Positions 53,100 through 63,539 of a stretch of 64,000 nucleotides of DNA are shown piece by piece (position 1 is the first letter of the stretch; every line of letters starts with the position of its first letter). Source of the stretch: an uncultured Nitrospinota bacterium (GTDB lineage: Bacteria > Tectomicrobia > Entotheonellia > J063 > CAVPRW01); assembly GCA_963707985.1 (NCBI GenBank), contig CAVPRW010000027.1, positions 128,001 to 192,000 on the forward strand. Direction: 5' to 3'. Both the position numbers and the translations under genes were made by a program. The notes below the pieces were generated by a model. It searched no databases, had not been told where the DNA came from, and was given only the letters and a program-made list of their open reading frames with translations.

Positions 53100-53292
53100 G
53101 ACTCACCTCCACTCCAGCATCAGGATGCGCGGCGGTCCGCTTCTGCGCCACCACGTCAGGTCCTGCTCACCATCCTGTCGCTAGGGGGTCCAGGGCCCTG
53201 ACTACGTCATGGTCTGACGGCGGCTCCTGACATCCTTCACCGACACCGGCGCACGTGCCAGCCTCCGCGAGCCGCGCGGCTCGCGGCATGCC

Positions 53293-53727
53293 CTACTTGG
53301 ACAGTTGCCCGCGCACGGCCCCCTTCGGAAAGGCGGCCGTGTGAACGTTGACGTAGTAGTCGGTCGGGTCTTGGATGATGGCTTCGATCACGACGACATC
53401 CGCCTTCGTGCACCCCTTGGCGGCGCCGGTCTTGGGCGCGTCGAGGGGCACGGCAACGGGACCCTCGACGCCCTTCTCCCCCTTATGGATATGGGCCGCC
53501 GTGGCCTCCTGCAGATTCACCACGCTCAGCTCATAACAGACTTCGCCTTTGTCGGGATTGAGGGTCACCTGCACGGTGCCACTTCCGTTGGGGTCTCCTG
53601 GACCGGGCACCTCCGCGTCCCCTGTGAGCGTCGCTTTCGCGTGCCCCATCGCTTGACCGGCCACCACCGGCACTACGTGCACCAGCGCCAGGACCATGAT
53701 GAGTGTGACAAGCATACGGATTCGCAT
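53293..53727 (-). CDS. Secreted CHRD-domain protein
   Basis: Signal peptide, LTGDAEVP, AAHIH, YYVNVHTAAFPKGAVRGQL. Confidence 0.92.
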   Translation of the reverse strand: MRIRMLVTLIMVLALVHVVPVVAGQAMGHAKATLTGDAEVPGPGDPNGSGTVQVTLNPDKGEVCYELSVVNLQEATAAHIHKGEKGVEGPVAVPLDAPKTGAAKGCTKADVVVIEAIIQDPTDYYVNVHTAAFPKGAVRGQLSK

Positions 53728-53870
53728 CGCAACCTCCTTTATTGGGTGAGAGTGTTCAGACACCTTGATGACGCGGCCTGGGGTCCACTTGACCGGCGCG
53801 CCTTTCGGCGACGGCGTGTCAGGGTCACGAACGTCCGCGGTGGCATATTTGGCCGCCACCCGGTCATCAG

Positions 53871-54245
53871 CTACGACAACCCCGCCTGGGCTGTCAGGTC
53901 CTCAGTCGTATACCGCCCCATGAGCTCCAACACCTGGTCCACCTGGTGATCGGCCACGGCAACGCTCACCAGGGCACCCCCGCCATCGAGGACCATGGCA
54001 TACGGCTGGGCCGCGTCCGCCGGGACCCCGAACGCGATCAATGCGGCGGGCTCCCCCCGACTCGCAGGCCCTACGTCCACATTCATGCCCCACGCCGCCG
54101 CGACCAGTACGTCTCCGACGGAGGTTTCCTCCCGATTCGCGATGATGGTGATATCCTCGCTGCGGATACCCTGCGCCACCAACGTCTGGGTCACGCGTTG
54201 CGCCTCGGAAAACCCGTCAAACAGACCCATCGCAGTCGTCGTCAT
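53871..54245 (-). CDS. General stress protein 17M/YflT-like
   Basis: GLFDGFSEAQRV...EDITII; GVPADAAQPY...GGALVSV. Confidence 0.65.
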   Translation of the reverse strand: MTTTAMGLFDGFSEAQRVTQTLVAQGIRSEDITIIANREETSVGDVLVAAAWGMNVDVGPASRGEPAALIAFGVPADAAQPYAMVLDGGGALVSVAVADHQVDQVLELMGRYTTEDLTAQAGLS

Positions 54246-55208
54246 GGCCGTTCTCCTTCTCGGTCGAGCGCGACCTCCGGCCTCGCTCGGCGCATCGTCC
54301 ACCGGGGCCACGCGTCTGCCGGCCCCAGCAACGAGGTCTCGGAATGAAACATCCTATCAGAATGAGACATGCTCAATGAGACATGCTCGGTAACTCTTTC
54401 GATGTGAGACAACTGCCTCGCCAGCGCCTCTCAGCGGGGCACATGGGGCCTGAAGACGACGGGCACCGTCTCGCGTGGTCACGCCAGCCCACGGGGCCAC
54501 CACATCACGCCCGTCTCTGAGAGCAAACGGTGTGCCATCGACCGCAGCCCCGACGCCACCGTCGAGGTGCAGCCCATCGCGCTCAACATGCCGCCCACTC
54601 GTGCGGCATGGACGCGATCGCCATCACCGGCATCAGATGCTCGCCCTCAGATGCATCGATCGTATCATCCTGAAGGTCATCCCCTAGGGATTGGGTGGGA
54701 TCATCACGGGTGGGGGCGCTTGTGGACACCGCCCCGCTTTATCGCCACATCCCTCGGCAGTCTCACCGCCAGTCTCTATGCGAAACCCCGACACGCCGAG
54801 GTACCAGGGTCTCCAGACCGCGGGTTCGTCGGGCCAGGCGATGGAGTATGCCATCGGGAACCTGCACGTCAAGCGCAACCGCCCTTTCATCGGGGCAGCA
54901 GGCGTAAAGCCTTGGTCTCGTGATTCGACGACATGGATGGCCACCTGTGCCGTCAGAAGCGATGACCGACCCACCATCGGCTGAATCTATCGGCAGCTTG
55001 GCGCCAGGGATGTGACCGATTCATGAGGTCAGACGATCACCGCGATGACAGCATCCCTCGACAAGATCAGAGCGCACCTCGGCACGGGAGTGGGGGGCGG
55101 ATGTCGCGTGCGCCGCGTGCGCGCTCCCCTGGCCCTCTGGTGCTCCGTGACATCATTCCGTCGATCGAGGCGTGCGCCCCCGCTCCGCTCATCTCGGATG
55201 GCTCCGGC

Positions 55209-55236
55209 TTGATCCGTGCCGTGTATATGCTATAAT
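55209..55236 (+). promoter_or_regulatory. sigma70 promoter upstream of the Zn-ribbon and integrase genes
   Basis: TTGATC-N16-TATAAT with extended -10 TG. Confidence 0.55.
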
Positions 55237-55274
55237 ACTATATATAGTGATATCTACGGAAAGGGGGTGAACGT

Positions 55275-55722
55275 GTGCGAGTTTTGCACGCACCAACATT
55301 GGTGCAGTGGGGTTGTGCCCATCGCTGGAAAACGACCACAACGCGGCCGGGCCATGATGACATCGTGCGGATGCGCTATCTCACGTGCCGGCGCTGCGGC
55401 CTCAAGGTGAAGACCCATGAGCGGCTGGCGGTGCCCTGGGATGCGGAGGACCTCGTCAAGGAGGTGAAGGCGTTGCTGCCCGAGGGTCAGGCCGTGGCGC
55501 TGCGGGACAAAGGGATTACCGAGCTGCCGTTGGCGCGGCTCAATGCTCGTCTGGCGCTGTTACGGCTATGTCATTCACGCCAGGAAATCGCGAGACCCAA
55601 AGCGCTCGGTGATGTGCACGGGCGACGATGGACGGGAGGAGCCGTTCGAGCTGTTTGAACTGCGGTCGACGTCCTCCACGACATTCGTGGAGATGATCGG
55701 GAGTCGGCCCAAGGTCGATTAA
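55275..55722 (+). pseudogene. Small Zn-ribbon protein (frameshift near 55555)
   Basis: CAHRW...CRRCGLKVKTHE; continues in another frame as YGYVIHARKSRDPKRS. Confidence 0.45.
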
Positions 55723-55773
55723 TCGCCCGCAGTGGGCGAGCACCAGGGTTGCATCAAAAGAAAGGAGTAGGAG

Positions 55774-56724
55774 GTGAGCCTTTATCAACGCGGGAAAAGT
55801 TGGTATTCCGATTTCATATATCGGGGCGAGCGCTATGTCGGCTGCATCGGCCCGGTTTCAAAAACCGTGGCGAAAGAGATCATGGCCAAGAAGAAAGTGG
55901 AGGCGGTGGAAGGGCGGTATGAATTGCCCTCAAACGAACGCTATAAGCGCCAACGGAAGGAGGATGGTGTTAGTGAAGCGACGATCAATCGCGAATTGGC
56001 GTTCCTGAAAAATCTCTTCACCAAAGCCCTCGAATGGGGGAAGGCGACGGAGAATCCCGTCAAGAAGGTTCGGTTGTACCGGGAGCAAAACGCACGCACC
56101 CGGTATCTGACCGAAGATGAAGAAGCACGCCTACTGGCCGTCTGTGGTCCACAATTGCGGCCGCTGGTCGTCACCGCGCTCCACACGGGGTTTCGCGCTT
56201 CGGAGCTGCGCTCTCTAACGTGGGCCGACGTCGAGATCAACCGCCGCATGATCACGGTACGTGCCGGCTATGCCAAGCACGGGGAAGCTCGTAGCGTGCC
56301 CATGAATCAATTATTGACGGACATCTTGAAATCTGTTAAGATCGCCGATATTCAGGGCGATAAGGTGTTCTGTTCTCGTGAGGGGACGCCCTATCGTTCG
56401 TTCCGCTCAGCGTTCGAACGCGCCGTTCGGAAGGCGGGGATCGCAGATTTTACGTTCCATGATCTGCGACATACATTCGCGAGTCGCTTGGTGATGGCGG
56501 GGGTGGATTTGCCCACGGTGAAAGAATTACTCGGGCACCGGGACATTAGTATGACCATGCGGTACACACATCTCTCCAGCGACCATAAACAGGCCGCGGT
56601 AGGAAAACTGGAACAGTTTGCCGCAAAAGTCCCAGCAATTTTCACAACACCCTTAATTGATCCATTACTTAACTACTCGCAAGTTATTGAAAAAACTCAC
56701 GCCCCCGTAGCTCAGCTCGGATAG
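55774..56724 (+). CDS. Tyrosine recombinase/integrase (apparent internal deletion in the core-binding region)
   Basis: TGFRASEL, FHDLRHTFASRL, LLGH, MTMRYTH; stop codon lies inside the tRNA. Confidence 0.9.
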   Translation: MSLYQRGKSWYSDFIYRGERYVGCIGPVSKTVAKEIMAKKKVEAVEGRYELPSNERYKRQRKEDGVSEATINRELAFLKNLFTKALEWGKATENPVKKVRLYREQNARTRYLTEDEEARLLAVCGPQLRPLVVTALHTGFRASELRSLTWADVEINRRMITVRAGYAKHGEARSVPMNQLLTDILKSVKIADIQGDKVFCSREGTPYRSFRSAFERAVRKAGIADFTFHDLRHTFASRLVMAGVDLPTVKELLGHRDISMTMRYTHLSSDHKQAAVGKLEQFAAKVPAIFTTPLIDPLLNYSQVIEKTHAPVAQLG

Positions 56725-56778
56725 AGCATCGGATTCCGGATCCGTGTGTCGGAGGTTCAAATCCTCTCGGGGGTACTA
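56701..56778 (+). tRNA. tRNA-Arg(CCG)
   Basis: Cloverleaf GCCCCCG/CGGGGGT, D-arm GCTC/GAGC, anticodon loop TTCCGGA, T-loop GTTCAAATC; 3' end reads ACTA rather than ACCA. Confidence 0.9.
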
Positions 56779-56801
56779 GGCTTCTCACTAGTGGAGACTT
56801 T

Positions 56802-57740
56802 ATGCGTGATGTGGTCATTCTCGGTGCAGGCCCGGCTGGCCTCACTGCCGCCATATATGCGGCGCGAGCCAACCGTGCTCCGGTCGTCATTACCGGGCCG
56901 CTTTTCGGTGGGCAATTGGCGATGACCACGGAGGTGGAAAATTTCCCCGGCTTCCCGGACGGTGTCATGGGCCCAGAGCTGATGGAGTTGATGAAGCGAC
57001 AAGCTGAGCGATTTGGAGCCGAAATCCGCATCGGCGACGTCGCTGACGTCGAGTTGAACCAGTCCCCATTGCGAATGACCCTGAACGGGGAACTCGTCGA
57101 AACCAAATCGTTAATCGTTGCCACCGGTGCTTCGGCGCGCCTGCTGGACGTTCCAGGGGAGCGCGAGTTCTTCGGCCGCGGAGTTTCCACCTGTGCCACC
57201 TGCGATGGCTTCTTTTATCGCGACAAAACGGTGGCTGTGGTCGGAGGCGGGGACGGAGCGCTTGAGGAGGGGACGTTCCTGACGCGCTACGCCTCGAAGG
57301 TGTTCCTGGTGCATCGACGTGATCGTCTGCGCGCCAGTCAGATTCTCCAGGACCGGGCGACAAAAAACGATAAGATTGCCTTCATCTGGGATACGGTCGT
57401 TGACGAGATTAGGGGGGATCAACACACCGGCGTGAGCGCTGCTCTCCTGCGCAATGTTAAAACCGGGGGAGGAGAGGAGTTGCCCGTGGATGGGGTGTTC
57501 CTGGCCATCGGGCACATACCGAATACGAAGATGTTCGAGGGACAGCTCAAGCTCGATGAGCAAGGCTATATCGTGACGGATTCTCGCATGCACACGAATC
57601 TTCAAGGCGTGTTTGCCTGCGGCGATTGCCAGGATCATATCTATCGCCAGGCCATCACGGCAGCCGGTACCGGCTGTGTCGCGGCCATCGAGGCGGAAAA
57701 GTTCCTGGCTGAGGTTGAGGGGCGGGCGTATCCTGCATGA
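56802..57740 (+). CDS. trxB: Thioredoxin-disulfide reductase
   Basis: GAGPAGLTAAIY, CATCDG, HRRD, YRQAITAAGTG. Confidence 0.97.
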   Translation: MRDVVILGAGPAGLTAAIYAARANRAPVVITGPLFGGQLAMTTEVENFPGFPDGVMGPELMELMKRQAERFGAEIRIGDVADVELNQSPLRMTLNGELVETKSLIVATGASARLLDVPGEREFFGRGVSTCATCDGFFYRDKTVAVVGGGDGALEEGTFLTRYASKVFLVHRRDRLRASQILQDRATKNDKIAFIWDTVVDEIRGDQHTGVSAALLRNVKTGGGEELPVDGVFLAIGHIPNTKMFEGQLKLDEQGYIVTDSRMHTNLQGVFACGDCQDHIYRQAITAAGTGCVAAIEAEKFLAEVEGRAYPA

Positions 57741-57773
57741 GCGGATGGGCCTGCTTGGTAGGGCATAACGTGA

Positions 57774-58141
57774 ATGATCGTCGATCCTCAGACGCCGACG
57801 CTGGGAATCGGCAACGTCAAAACCGGAGCCGACGTGATCGCGCTCGTGCGGAGAAGTTTGTCGCGTTTGAGCGCACGATCGGTGTCCTGGAACATAACCT
57901 CGACGAGTGGCGGCGCTTCCACGATTGGATCGTCCTCACCAAGGGTAAGCTCGATCTGATTGAGGAGATCATTAGCCTGGGACATAAATACTCCGGGCTT
58001 CTAAGCCGCTATAAGGTATCGAAAGAGCCTGAGCAAGAGCCGTTGCTGCATGACCTCCGCATTGTTCTGCACATGATGCAAACCCTCTATATGCAATTCA
58101 GAGATCGTCGGGGATTTGACCTGAATTGGAAGCCACTCTAG
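57774..58141 (+). CDS. Hypothetical protein (likely one gene with a frameshift near 57850)
   Basis: MIVDPQTPTLG...ALVR joins EKFVAFERTIG...WKPL across frames. Confidence 0.5.
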
Positions 58142-58299
58142 CGCGTCACGAGTGACCCCCTTCTCATGTTCCCTCCTGACGTTCTCATAGACTTGCCGTC
58201 AAAGCGCACACACGAGCCTAGCGTTCAGCCACTCGCAGCGACGGCGCTGCGCAGGACTCTCTGTGTAGACATACCACGGGCAGCAGCTACACAATTACC

Positions 58300-59100
58300 T
58301 CAGGCAGGGCGTTTCACAGGTCTACGCGACTGGGGCTCGGGAAGCCACAAACGCCACAGGATGATCAATGTCATACTGAGCACGATGAGTGCCAGGCTGA
58401 CGAGTTGTGCGGCCCGCAACGAGCCAAACCACAGACTGTCAGCCCGCAGAAACTCCACACCAAAGCGGCCTAGCGAATACAACAGCAGATAGCGCATGGT
58501 GGTATAGCCATCTTTGGCTGGACGCTTCCGCGTCGTCCAGAGATAGATGAAAATGCCCAGATTGATGACCATCTCGTAGAGCATGGTCGGATGCAGGGGA
58601 ATGTTGGGGAACTGGCTTCCGGCAGGTGTTTGCGGGGCGAACACGACCCCCCATGGCAGCGTCGTCGGCCCACCATGTGCATCGCCATTCATGAAATTCC
58701 CAAAGCGGCCGAGTGCCTGGCCCAGGATCAGCGGTGGAGCCAGCACATCCATCAAACGCAATACCGGGATCCGTTTACGATGCGCAAACCAGACGACGGC
58801 ACAGGTGCCACCGATCACCCCCCCGTGGATGGCCAATCCACCTCGCCAAACAGCGGGGATCTCCCACAGGAATTGGCGATAGAACGACCAATTAAACACC
58901 ACATAGTAGAGTCGGGCACCGATGATCCCCGCGAACACGGTGAGGAGGAGCAGATTCGTTTGATCGTCGTCGGTCAACGGCAAACCCTTGCGACGGACCT
59001 CTGATCGGATGAGGAAGATAGCCGCGAGAATGCCCAGGACATACATCAGGCCGTAATAACGAATACTGATAGGGCCGATTTCAATCAGCACGGGATGCAT
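58300..59100 (-). CDS. lgt: Prolipoprotein diacylglyceryl transferase
   Basis: IRYYGLMY, GGLAIHGG, GRFGNFMN, HPTMLYE. Confidence 0.96.
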   Translation of the reverse strand: MHPVLIEIGPISIRYYGLMYVLGILAAIFLIRSEVRRKGLPLTDDDQTNLLLLTVFAGIIGARLYYVVFNWSFYRQFLWEIPAVWRGGLAIHGGVIGGTCAVVWFAHRKRIPVLRLMDVLAPPLILGQALGRFGNFMNGDAHGGPTTLPWGVVFAPQTPAGSQFPNIPLHPTMLYEMVINLGIFIYLWTTRKRPAKDGYTTMRYLLLYSLGRFGVEFLRADSLWFGSLRAAQLVSLALIVLSMTLIILWRLWLPEPQSRRPVKRPA

Positions 59101-59109
59101 AGCCGTGGC

Positions 59110-60531
59110 CTAACCTCGAGGGGCGTGCAGGACAGTATAGAAGGAGCGTTCCTCACGTAGGATGAGCAGCAGGACGTGGTCGCTCGGGTCCAACTTACTG
59201 ACGGCGTTTTTGAAGCTGTCCATAGTCGTCACCGGAGCGCGCTCGATTTCTAAGATCACATCGCCTTTGCGCAACCCATCACGAGCGCCTGGGCTGCCAG
59301 TCTCGACATTGGTGATCACCACGCCCTCATCGGTTTTCAAGTTAAACTGCTTGACCAGGTCTCTCGTGACCGCGTCCAGGGTGAGGCCGAAACGTGACCC
59401 GGCTGCGTCAGCCTTGGGCTCGAGATCTTTCAGCTCGCCGATTTCCAGGGCCACCTGCTGCTCTTGCCGATCGCGCCGGATTTTGAGCTGAACAGGCGTC
59501 CCTGGACGGGTGTCAGCCACCTGGCGCTGCAGTTCCTGCATTTTTCGCACGGGGCGGCCGGCGAAATCAAGGATCACATCGCCGCGCTTCAGCCCAGCGT
59601 TTTCAGCCGGGCTACCCCGCAAGATATCGCCGATGAGCACCCCTCCATTCTCAGCGACCTCGAACTTGCCTGCGAGCTCTGAAGACAAGGTCTGGATCAC
59701 CACGCCCAAATAACCGCGCACGACGCGGCCGTTTTCCACCAGTTGCTGCATCACCTCTTTGGCCATGTTAATCGGAATGGCGAAGCCGATGCCACGACCC
59801 ACGGGGTTGATCGCCGTATTGATCCCGATGACTTCGCCGCGGATGTTCAGTAAGGGGCCACCACTATTGCCGGGATTAATCGACGCATCTGTCTGAATAT
59901 AGTCTTCAAAGGTCGACAATCCCAATTCACCCCGCCCAACGCCGGAGATCACCCCAACGGTTAACGAATGCCCCAGACCGAAGGGGTTGCCAATGGCCAC
60001 TGCCCATTGGCCTACTTTGATGAGGTCGGAGTCGCCCAGCTTCGCTGCCGGCAATTCCTGATCGGTATCGACTTTCACCACGGCAAGGTCAGTCTTGGGG
60101 TCTCGACCGATCACCGACCCGCGAAAGTTCCGACCGTCAGCAAGGCTGAGCTCGATCTCATCGGCACGTTCGATGACATGGTGATTCGTCAACACCAATC
60201 CCTGAGGGTCGACAATCACTCCTGACCCCACGCCACGTTGAGGGGGCTCCCCCTTGGAAGGGTCTTTGCCGGTCTGTGGACCGCGTTTGTCTTGGCTTTC
60301 CGTCTTGATGCTGACGACGGCACGACCGGTCGTCTGTTGAATCTGTATGACCGCGTTTTGCCAGGCCTCGAGCAGCGCTGTTCCGTCGCGACTCTCGGGG
60401 CTGAGACGGTCCTGGCCAGCGGCTGGAAGTCCCCACATGAGGCAAAGCAGTATGAGCGCTAGCGAACGCCCCAGGTCTGTGGCAGGCCAGGGGTGTCGTC
60501 GACTGTTGACGTACGTCCACTTCTGGATCAT
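59110..60531 (-). CDS. Do/DegQ (HtrA) serine endoprotease with two PDZ domains
   Basis: LTNHHV, TDLAV, IQTDASINPGNSGGPL. Confidence 0.95.
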   Translation of the reverse strand: MIQKWTYVNSRRHPWPATDLGRSLALILLCLMWGLPAAGQDRLSPESRDGTALLEAWQNAVIQIQQTTGRAVVSIKTESQDKRGPQTGKDPSKGEPPQRGVGSGVIVDPQGLVLTNHHVIERADEIELSLADGRNFRGSVIGRDPKTDLAVVKVDTDQELPAAKLGDSDLIKVGQWAVAIGNPFGLGHSLTVGVISGVGRGELGLSTFEDYIQTDASINPGNSGGPLLNIRGEVIGINTAINPVGRGIGFAIPINMAKEVMQQLVENGRVVRGYLGVVIQTLSSELAGKFEVAENGGVLIGDILRGSPAENAGLKRGDVILDFAGRPVRKMQELQRQVADTRPGTPVQLKIRRDRQEQQVALEIGELKDLEPKADAAGSRFGLTLDAVTRDLVKQFNLKTDEGVVITNVETGSPGARDGLRKGDVILEIERAPVTTMDSFKNAVSKLDPSDHVLLLILREERSFYTVLHAPRG

Positions 60532-60541
60532 GGTTTTATCC

Positions 60542-61342
60542 TTACTTCCGTATCAGCTGATTTAGAACTTGCTTCATACCAGTGGCCTGCTCCGCGATAG
60601 TGACCACTTGCTGAATGGCATCATCTGTAGGCAAGGCGCCTGATAGGGTCACCACGCCCCCTGCCACGGCGACGCCGATCTCGTATGGACTAAGTTGTGG
60701 ATGGGCATCCAAGGCTGCCCTGATGCGGCTGGAATGCACGAGATTCTGCAACGCCAGCCGGGAGGTATCCGTGGGCTGAAATGGTTCCCACTGTACCGCC
60801 TGAATCACCAGATCGCAGGCGGTATCGACGGTGAGCTTGTCAAGACTCAGAACTAAGTCATACTGATGAGGATCGCGCCAATCGACATCGAACAGGTAGC
60901 GCATGCGGCTGGTCCGCTCGTCGTCCACCTGTGTAATATAGCGCATGGCACCCTTGCGATCCAGGCGAGCATTCCGCGCCATGACGGCGCTAATTCTATA
61001 TTCAAGCGGGGCGACCAGGCGCACCTTCAAGACATGACTAATACCCGGGAGGAGGGCATGGCCGGCGTATCCATGATAGACCAGGTTGCCCTGTTCGGCA
61101 TACTCGCACATGGAGGCTTGCACAAACGTCAAGTACACACGTCGGCTGGTGGTGAGTTTTTCCCAGAAGGTTGGGGCCTTTTCGAAGGCTTTGATGAGCT
61201 CGGGCTCTGGCACGTTGTAGCGTCTGGCCGCCTCGATGATGACCTCGTTGCTCAAACATGGCCACCCCAGTTTCGCGGCCACACGCTCTGCCAACGCCTG
61301 GCCACCGCTGGCGGTCCCGCGTGAGATGGTGATGATTGACAT
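60542..61342 (-). CDS. Cytidylate-kinase-like protein with C-terminal BON domain
   Basis: IITISRGTASGG, VDWRDPHQYDLV; BON: VTLSG...VLNQL. Confidence 0.88.
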   Translation of the reverse strand: MSIITISRGTASGGQALAERVAAKLGWPCLSNEVIIEAARRYNVPEPELIKAFEKAPTFWEKLTTSRRVYLTFVQASMCEYAEQGNLVYHGYAGHALLPGISHVLKVRLVAPLEYRISAVMARNARLDRKGAMRYITQVDDERTSRMRYLFDVDWRDPHQYDLVLSLDKLTVDTACDLVIQAVQWEPFQPTDTSRLALQNLVHSSRIRAALDAHPQLSPYEIGVAVAGGVVTLSGALPTDDAIQQVVTIAEQATGMKQVLNQLIRK

Positions 61343-61503
61343 GGCGCCTCCCTCCTCTCTGCCCGTCACCCGCCGCGTTGTGTGTATTACCCTAGCAAAT
61401 CCCGTCGGAGGGGTCAACAATGTATGGGTTCGTGGCCTTGACGAATGCACCTCTCTCGCCCACAATGGATGACACACCCATTTCCCCTATAGAGGAGGCC
61501 TTT

Positions 61504-62944
61504 ATGTCTCGGCTAGAGGACGTCAGACAAGCGTTAACCGCTCTCCTTGGCCCGACTCAAGTGATCAGCGATGCGCCTCACCTGGCGCTGTATCGCTTGG
61601 ATGGGTTGCGCCCCTCACGTGGCTATCGTGACCGCCAGCGACTTGGCGTCATGCCTGGATGCGTGGTCCGCCCACGGCGGACGGCAGACGTGCAAGCCCT
61701 GGTGCAGTGGGCCAAGGCCGCGCACAAGGCGCTCGTCCCCTACGGCGGCGGCACTGGCTTGATGGGTGGTGCCATGGCCGATGAGGAGAGTGTGCTGATC
61801 GACTTCAAAGACATGGCCGACATTGTGGCCATCCGGCGGCAGGATCGACACGCGGTCGTGCAGTCTGGGGTTGTCCTCAGCCGCCTGGAGGATGCCTTGC
61901 GCGCCGAGGGATTGACCCTGGGGCACGATCCCTGGACGGTCGGCATCGCAACCGTCGGCGGCACGATTTCGACGGACGGTTTGGGCTATCGTGGTGGGAC
62001 AGTATGGGTCGATGGGGGAGCAGGTGCTTGGTCTCGAAGTCGTGCTGCCTGATGGCCAGGTCTTGCGTACGCGAGCAGTGCCGAAGTCATCCACCGGCCC
62101 CGATCTCACCCAACTGTTCATCGGCGCGGAAGGGGTTTTCGGCTTGATTACCGAGGCCACCCTACAGGTCTTTCCCGCTCCCGAAGCCCATGCCCTGCTG
62201 GCCTTCACGTTTCCGACCTTCGCGCAAGGTTTTGCAGCGGTGGCGGAAATGGCGAGCATTGGATTGCGGCCAGCGCTGATGGAGCTCACTGAAGACTTCC
62301 CAACAGGCGATGTGGCGCGTTCGCTCATCGAGCGTGCCCCTGGGGTAAGCTTGTATCTCGGCTGTGAAGGTTTCCAGGGATTGGTTGAAGCACAGCGTGA
62401 CCGCGCCGTAACAATCAGCTCACATCACGGCGGCAAAGACCTCGGGGAAGCCGTGGCGCGCACGTTTTGGGACAGTCGCCATCGCACCGCCGAGCGCTTT
62501 CAGCAAGATCGCCTCAGAAATCTACCACACGGCATCCTCGACACCCGCCCCGAAGCCAGCTTTGACTACATCCACATCGCCCTTCCCACCTCACAAGTCC
62601 TGCATTTTCGCGAGGATGCAATGGAACTGTGCCAGCAACAAGGGATTTTGGTGAATCAGTGTGGCATCTGGACGCGCCCTGAGCTGTTCTCCATGGTCCT
62701 CCATAATCCGAGCGGTCACGTGGAAATTCTGGCCGACACGGTCGATCGCTTGTTGGCACGGGCCCAGGACGTGGGCGGCAGCATGGAATATTGCCATGGC
62801 GTCGGCGTGCGCCTGGCGCACCTGCTCGCCCGGGAGTTGGGGGCCGGGACAACGATCTTGAGTGCCCTGAAGCAGGCACTTGATCCGGATCATCTTTTAA
62901 ATCCAGGAAAATTGGGCCTGCAGTCGAATGTGTCGGATGCGTGA
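61504..62944 (+). CDS. FAD-binding oxidoreductase (GlcD/alkyl-DHAP synthase-like); frameshift near 61995
   Basis: PYGGGTGLMGG, IGAEGVFGLIT, CHGVG, LDPDHLLNPGK. Confidence 0.88.
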
Positions 62945-63114
62945 GCCGAGAGACCTAGGTGCTGAGGACTGGGTCAGGCGTGCACAAAACACCCAGTCCT
63001 CAACACGTTAGAGGCTCGCACGGGCAGGATCAGGGGCAAGAGGTCACATGCGGTGCGCGAACAACACCGATCGGAACAGCAAGGACGAACCACGCCAGCA
63101 ATGATAGTGAGGAC

Positions 63115-63375
63115 CTAGCTTTCGAGTGGGGGGGCGGCCTTCTCATTCGGTGCCGTACCCTCGATCAGGCGCTGTAATTCCTCCAACTCCTCCTCTGTGG
63201 CTGGCTTATCGAGCCATGCATCGAGGACGCTTTTGCGAATGTACCAGGTGCCGTCACGTTGGTCTGCGGCAATCTCCTGGCGCTCTATCAGCTTGTACAG
63301 CGCGTGGACCGGGATACGCAGGTAATCGGCCGCTTGCCAGGGCTTCCAAAAGATTTCTGTATGCCGCATCGCCAT
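63115..63375 (-). CDS. HTH_17/excisionase-like DNA-binding protein
   Basis: AADYLRIPVHALYKLI...WYIRKSVLDAWL. Confidence 0.8.
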   Translation of the reverse strand: MAMRHTEIFWKPWQAADYLRIPVHALYKLIERQEIAADQRDGTWYIRKSVLDAWLDKPATEEELEELQRLIEGTAPNEKAAPPLES

Positions 63376-63539
63376 CACCACTCCCTCAGGGATGTTGAGA
63401 TAAGATGGGAGACCCCAACCGTAATGCTGAACAGCCAATGACGCATTGCCCCTATGGTAGCCCACTTCGATACATGAGTAAAGCGGCAGACGCCCGCCAT
63501 CGTTGAAAAAGATCGGGCTGGGCCAGCGCTGTTCCTCAT

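Noticed and set aside
10791..62944. Single frameshifts in the molybdoenzyme, kinase, 57774 gene and FAD oxidase as programmed frameshifting or true pseudogenes
   Set aside because: The genes are otherwise intact and lack a common slippery motif, so long-read indel errors are more likely. Only the IS630 A7 site fits programmed -1 frameshifting.
63115..63375. Excisionase-like HTH as the partner of the 55774 integrase
   Set aside because: It lies 6.4 kb beyond the tRNA among core genes, and standalone HTH_17 proteins are common.
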